A stretch of 42,378 nt of DNA, taken from positions 1 to 42,378 of the forward strand of contig NMRA01001151.1 of NCBI GenBank assembly GCA_002633005.1, read 5' to 3'. Position 1 is the first letter of the stretch. Each line of letters opens with the position of its first letter. Made by a program: the position numbers and the translations under genes. A model generated the notes under the pieces. The model was not told where the DNA came from and ran no database searches. It saw nothing but the letters and a program-made list of their open reading frames with translations. This document shows positions 37,401-42,378 of this stretch, piece after piece. The DNA comes from Phoronis australis. Lineage: Eukaryota > Animalia > Phoronida.

Positions 37401-40400
37401 AGATGTAAACATTGAGAATTGTGAATATAACTTGTAACAGTTCCTGAAAATAGTTAAATAACAACATTTGATATTTTAGTTAGCGAGAGATCGGTGCCTG
37501 AGTTGCAGATGATATAATTTGCAATTGAAAACTGAGACAGAAGTGTCATATAATTAACAGGTTTCTCCAGATGTTACATTTGAGACCTGATTGCATGTTT
37601 AGTGTTATTTATACTGCTGCAATTGTATTACTTTAATCTATTTTGGAAAAGGTTGATGATGGAACCAGCTAACGACGTTAAGTCGACATTGACCTACCTT
37701 TTAATTAGAACTTTCCATTCCAGAGGTCACTGTTGAACTAGTGTGGGAGGGAAATATGGAAAACATTATCACATGCAGTTGGCTCTATTGCAATCGCCTG
37801 GTTCAATGCGTGTGGGATAAAATAAACTTCTTTGATTTCTTTTTCATTGTAATAATTACTTAAGGGTACAGAATTATCAGGTTTTTGTGCGAATGTATGT
37901 AAAATGGAGTTTTTAACCCATTCCTCTTTACAACTGTCATAATTTATCAAATGAAAGTTGTTACAGCCAATAATATCTTATTTCTATTTTGCTAGTACAC
38001 AAAGTAATTATGTGTTGGTTGATTCACAGATCTTGTATTAACCCATCTAGTTGTTAACTGTTCATGTTGATAGAAGCTTTATTACTAGNGCAGTATATGG
38101 ATTTCCCCCGCTTTTGATGACGTCATCCGCATATTGCGCAAATCAACAAAACGCGCAGAACAATACATCGGAAGTAAACTCAGGAGTAGCACAATAGCCT
38201 TTTTGAGAATGGGTCGTATCACTAGTAGTGCCTTATTGTTGTTAGTGGTCTTGTGTCTTTATACTGTTATGTAAGTGTTTGAGTTCTGCACTGGTGTTGA
38301 GTATGTGCAAGCTATAATGAAAGGATGGAAAAACTGGAAACTTGTGCCAGCAAGCATCATTGTAGAATAAATTTCATGTAAACAGTGTCCTTTGTTACTA
38401 TTCTGGCATAATTCCACTTCTGAATGTGTGATGAAAATTAGTATTTAATAAGCAAAACTTGTCCAAATTTCCATTACAAGTAGCACCCTCTTTTGACCTA
38501 ATGTTCTCTTATTGCAGATGCTCTGTGCATTGGTGTTTATTGTTTATTCCATAGAACTTAAAGTCTCCATAGAATGCCAGTTACTCCTGTAGGTGACCCA
38601 TGCATTCTTGTGTTAGATATTGTGTCCCTGAGATTTCACTAGATTGGCTGTGAGATTTTGCACTATGAATTTCCACTTAACTGCTCGACTGGGTTTTGAT
38701 CAAGTTATCTAGTCACTCAAATTAAGCCTGATTTTGGTTGGTTAATTTACAAGTTCATTTTGTCTGTTTTTTTTGCATTAAATGTCTTTTGCCATTGGTC
38801 TGCAAAATATTCCAAAACTGTAGATGAAATTTGTTCAGATGTTTTTGGTGGTTACAGTTAACTTGCCTGTTTCTACAAAACCAACATTCTAGTCTACTCT
38901 TTATATTCCATAGCAAGAACCAACACCGCAACAAACAAATCCCACAAATGTGTGGCACAACCTCAGATGCGCGAGTTCAAAGTTGGCATTCCAGGTTTAC
39001 TGTTTTATGGATAAACCAGGAACAGATCTCTTTCGAGTAAAATGTAGTATATACTAGTATCCCAGTATTTGAGAACCCATTTCTTATTTAGGAAAGGAAA
39101 GTGGTCTTCAATGAGTGGGTACGCTATATTTATCAAAATGTCTTCAGAGTATGGGAGCTCAGAGTGTACCGTTGGGGAGCCCCACACTGACATATATCCT
39201 GATGGGATATTGCCTTGGTACAAATACGATATGGGTAAAGAACTGACCAAATACAATTTGATGCAAAATTTATGAACAAAGCTACCTGTAAAAAGGATCC
39301 TTTAGATTTTATAAAATGGCTGTAAGGACCATGCAAGGTTCTTAAATACATTTATTGCCCAGGCAGTAAATATGTAAACACTGTTGTAAGGGTGGATGCC
39401 TCAGATCTAGCTTTTAAATGACAATAAAATAATAAGTAAATTACTATATTCAACATATTAGGATCAAAGAATCTAGTGCTTATAAATGCATGTAACGTAA
39501 GTTTAAAATTTAAAAAGAGGAGGTTTTTCCGCCTTTGTTGTCGAAGTAGTTGAAGAAAAGTGTGAGTATATTGTGATGTGAGTTGGTATTTTGAAAAAGT
39601 TATGATATCCCAAATTGCAAATATGTGCTGTGTATTGAAAGCTTTATTGAAAAGAGCTTGCACCGATTCCCAGAAAATTCTTACTCAGGCACAATTCAGG
39701 GGCGGATCTAGGATTTTTAGTTAGAGGGGCCAGGTCAGAGTATCAGGGTATTAGCCAGGATTTTGCCCGTCAGACATTCGCAAACCCAACATTCGCAAAC
39801 CCAAAGTGCCTAATGGAATATCGGAGAATTTTAGGGCACCCCCCTCCCCGGTTGAATCCACCACTGCAATTACGGTAGTAGAACATATGAAGAAATGTCT
39901 ATGTCCTCACAATGGGGGCATTTATCAGTTTGGACTACTGCAGTCTTAAAGTCATATTTGTAAATATTCTTTTGGATTTCTAAGTAGGGTGAAAGAAGTG
40001 TCATAGATGAAATAATATCTCACCAGACTTTGTTCTGCGTATCGACGTTATGTATTTATTCCATTCACTTCAAATTCCTAAGTTTCTTCCGGCAGATTTT
40101 GTAAATACTTCATCTTGACAGGTCTCATAGTGGATCGCATCCTATATGTATGTACTTGCACGTTAGGTTTGCAAATTTTGTCTAGTAAACGAAACAGTTT
40201 TAAATACAACGATTTATTTTTTGAAAAGAGATAACAAAGATGTAAACAATGAGAATTGTGAATATAACTTGTAACATTTCCTGAAAATAGTTAAATAACA
40301 ACATATTTTAGTTAGCGAGAGATCGGTGCCTGAATTGCAGATGATATAATTTGCAATTGAAAACTGAGACAGAAGTGTCATATAATTAACAGTTTTTTCC

Positions 40401-41704
40401 AGATGTTACATTTGAGACCTGATTGCAATTGTATTACTTTAATCTTTTTTGGAAAAGGTTGATGATGGAACCAGCTAACCACGTTAAGTCGACATTGACC
40501 TACCTTTTAGTTAGAACTTTCTATTCTAGAGGTCACTGTTGAACTAGTGTGGGAGGGAAATATGGAAAACATTATCACATGCCTGTATTGCACTCGCCTG
40601 GTTCAATGCATGTGGGATAAAATAAACTTCTTTAATTTCTTTTTCATTGTAATAATTACATAAGGGTACAGAATTATCAAGTTTTTGTGCGAATGTATGT
40701 AAAATGGAGTTTTTAACCCATTACTCTTCATAATTTATCAAATGAAAGTTGTTATAGCCAATATATCTTATTTCTATTTTACTAGTACACAAAGTAATCA
40801 CGTGAAGTTTCAAGGTCCACATAAAACTAATACGCTTGGATTCCTAGCTATATTTTGATACAAATCTTCATACAGCCAGTGGTCTGATTAGTTGGTGAAC
40901 CATCCCTTAAAGTAATAGTAATTTATGTTTTTTACTTTATTTTACTTGTCACAGTATATAAGTTTACCCACTCACGTACAAAAACCTAAAAAATCAATGG
41001 ATTAGTTAAAGTGATCTCATGAAGGCATCAATTGTTGTTTAAGAGGCGAGTATTGGCTAGTTGTCTGGCTAGAAGTGAACTGACCTGACTGAGACTTGTT
41101 GTTTCAGATCAGTGGTACCCAGTGAGCTTGTTCCTGCAATCACAGAATTGGCTGGAAACTTAGATGCCTATTTGCCACGCCCGTTTGCAGGTGAGATCAA
41201 AGGTAGGTGGCAATTTTGTGGATTTAACTAATTTAATAAAAAGTGTTGCTATGGAAAATGGAAAACTACAGTTTGAATACTCTTTTCTTTGTTTTCAACA
41301 ATTTAGAATTTAGTTTCATCACTTGGACAGTAAAGTAATTTTAAATGATGAATCTTACATTTTTACTATATATATTTCAAAAAGTGAAATTTGGTGTCTG
41401 AGCTTCATCAATTAAATTTTGAAATGTTTAATTATGTGTTTTTGAAACCATTTTGTGTGAAATGAACATCGAGAATATTTGGCTTACATTAAAATGAACT
41501 TGATATTCTAATGAAATAAAACAGAAAAAGCACTTCTTTGTGCAGATTGGCAAAATTCATCAAAGTGTGTTGAGTATAGAAAAACTGTTAAGAGAATGTA
41601 TTCTTTATAATATTTTCTTTTTGTGCTGTTACAGGGATTGCAAAAGCAGCTAACATTTCTCCGGGATATGTTTTTACCATGAACGTCATATATGAAGCCA
41701 CAGC
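19259..41704 (+). CDS. NAAA: N-acylethanolamine-hydrolyzing acid amidase (NAAA)/acid ceramidase family Ntn-hydrolase, exons 19259-19464, 41108-41202, 41635-41704; continues beyond window
   Basis: Signal peptide followed by YVLNLDLPEEDRW...LDAYLPRPFAGEIKGIAKAANIS...MNVIYEATA, matching the NAAA alpha chain (FNVSLDSVPELRW...LPQPFTGEIRG...NLAYES). Splice phases are compatible. The catalytic Cys exon lies outside the window. Confidence 0.88.
19842..21133. mobile_element. Non-autonomous DNA transposon with 5-bp TSD (hAT5-like), spans the assembly gap
   Basis: 11-bp TIR CAGGGCTCGAC, TSD AGAAG on both sides, many aatgcgaSctg subterminal repeats at both ends. Confidence 0.85.
20292..20868. other. Assembly gap (577 N)
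   Basis: Run of N. Confidence 0.99.
22322..23125. mobile_element. hAT-like MITE, about 800 bp
   Basis: 14-bp TIR CAGTGTTCTCCACA, subterminal cgagtttg repeats at both ends; no TSD recognisable. Confidence 0.65.
23952..24446 (-). pseudogene. Coiled-coil repeat exon (63-nt/21-aa units, about 6 copies) with one premature TAG
   Basis: ttttctag acceptor, cag|gtaaat donor, 495 nt in phase 1-1, repeat QIQSEMRQMRMQIQRLSCNIQ, TAG at 24417-24415. Confidence 0.7.
26215..26533. repeat. 91-bp tandem repeat, about 3.3 copies
   Basis: gatcagaagaatccattgttagtg... units start at 26215, 26325, 26416 and 26507; the first unit is lengthened by a ctcctgttt duplication. Confidence 0.9.
27134..27193. repeat. Perfect 29-bp inverted repeat with 2-nt spacer
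   Basis: aagcggtgtcattttatagctaaagaatt-aa-aattctttagctataaaatgacaccgctt. Confidence 0.95.
28757..28966 (+). pseudogene. Truncated THAP zinc-finger (transposase N-terminus)
   Basis: MLRCTVPAC...GISFFRLP...KWIAIV...LLVCGL has the THAP CxxxxC, FxLP, W and VC motifs; the terminal HF is missing. Confidence 0.8.
28960..29166 (-). pseudogene. Truncated KolX / P2X7-ballast-like protein N-terminus
   Basis: aacATGg start; GFTGYQFEQEYSDEEILKRRR resembles the YxFEPxxSDEE leader of invertebrate P2X7-ballast-like proteins (recalled from memory, not searched). Confidence 0.5.
29528..29773. mobile_element. Small GC-rich MITE nested in the Kolobok-like element
   Basis: Inverted ends atgtgcgcacccag / ctgggtgcacgcat, internal aaaggtcc repeats; TSD not clear. 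Confidence 0.5.
34732..34757. repeat. (GT)n/(GCGT) microsatellite
   Basis: gtgtgtgtgtgtgtgcgtgcgtgtgt. Confidence 0.8.
36052..36471 (-). pseudogene. 420-nt phase 1-1 pseudo-exon of unknown product (second copy about 38867-39285)
   Basis: ttttacag acceptor, cag|gtaagt donor, about 96 open codons then three in-frame stops; copy 2 has a 1-nt deletion and a GC donor. Confidence 0.55.
36883..37032. mobile_element. 150-bp MITE with 5-bp TSD
   Basis: Ends CAGGGGCGGAT / ATCCACCACTG, TSD CAATT on both sides. Confidence 0.75.
38116..38175 (+). promoter_or_regulatory. Promoter-like CpG-rich motif cluster (CRE, C/EBP-like, ETS)
   Basis: gaTGACGTCAtc at 38116-38127, aTTGCGCAA at 38133-38141, CGGAAGT at 38169-38175, just upstream of ATG 38209. 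Confidence 0.4.
38207..40798 (+). repeat. Diverged second copy of 26680-27013 + 32941-33156 + ~35955-38008
   Basis: Colinear sequence with scattered substitutions, lacking the 5.9-kb transposon and a further ~2.8-kb block; preceded by a single N at 38089. Confidence 0.9.
39697..39866. mobile_element. Same MITE in the duplicated block
   Basis: Same ends and CAATT TSD, with an internal 15-bp duplication acattcgcaaaccca. Confidence 0.75.
41108..41202 (+). CDS. NAAA: NAAA-like exon 2 (SVVPSELVPAITELAGNLDAYLPRPFAGEIK)
   Basis: gtttcag acceptor, g|gtaggt donor, LPxPFxGEIxG family motif. Confidence 0.9.
41635..41704 (+). CDS. NAAA: NAAA-like exon 3 (GIAKAANISPGYVFTMNVIYEATA)
   Basis: Pyrimidine tract with ttacag acceptor, gc|gtaagt donor, NxxYE motif that precedes the nucleophilic Cys in this family. 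Confidence 0.9.
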
Positions 41705-41848
41705 GTAAGTTCCTTGAAATGTATTGTTGATGTCTCACAAACGCACTTAGCACTACTAAACTCCTGTTATCACTGTTCCGGGGACCATGAGGAAAAGGAC
41801 CAAATTTAGCAAAGTTCAAAATACCAAATGTCAAAAATGGTTGATCAG

Positions 41849-42309
41849 ATTCATGCCAGGAATTTCCGAAAATAGGCTCGCCCAAAAATACACCCATGGC
41901 CGTATTTTCGTAAAATTTTCCAAGAGGCTGCCAATGGGCGTATTATTTTGGAAATTTTTCCAAAAAGTACGCCCCTGGGCGTGTTTTCAGTTATTATTTT
42001 TAGATGTTTAGAAAATCCGTACGTAAGACGTTTTGATGTAAACATGTGTTTATTTTAGTTAGACTTTATAATTGGGATCACGATTTTACGCAAATGAATA
42101 TTTTTTAAGGAAAAAATGGGTGATTCTTGTTAAGTAATCAAATTTGCACTATGTGGAGAACAGTTTTAATGCACAGTTTCCGATTATACACACGTCCCCA
42201 TTTCCAAACATGTGCCCTGGTGTATATTGTATTTCGTATGACATTTTTGAAAATTGTTTTTCCGAATATTCACCCATTGGCCAATTTTAGGAAATTCCTG
42301 GTATGAAAC
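41849..42309. mobile_element. Probable MITE / DNA transposon remnant
   Basis: Inverted pair ttcatgccaggaatttccgaaaat / attttaggaaattcctggtatgaa and repeated cccWtgg-cgt motifs; true ends not defined. Confidence 0.4.
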
Positions 42310-42378
42310 TTTAATTTTTCATGCTTTATGCACTATTAGGAATTGTTTTTGAATATTCCATAAGAGCCTATCAAAAAT

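Overview
Eukaryotic (animal, probably a highly heterozygous marine invertebrate; inference) genomic window with spliceosomal GT-AG genes and many transposons. It holds (1) a + strand DEAD-box RNA helicase DDX19/DBP5 gene (about 1076-15194, first exon not identified), part of which is present twice across a single-N contig join and is probably an uncollapsed second haplotype; (2) the first three exons of a + strand N-acylethanolamine acid amidase/acid ceramidase-family gene (19259 to beyond 41704) with a 21.6-kb first intron; and (3) inside that intron, a decayed multi-exon antisense gene (coiled-coil repeat exon, possible DEATH-like end) and stacked DNA transposons. The most notable transposon is a 5,920-bp element with 29-bp TIRs and a 7-bp TSD (P/Galileo-like), whose empty site is visible in a second copy of the flank. 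It carries a nested, internally deleted Kolobok-like element with convergent THAP and KolX-like ORF stubs. Also present are 5-bp-TSD hAT5-like MITEs, a piggyBac relic, a pogo-like element and two 22-31 bp inserts resembling P-element excision footprints. I found no rRNA, tRNA or CRISPR features. I cannot demonstrate a new biological system; the best leads are the transposon structures and the nested antisense gene.
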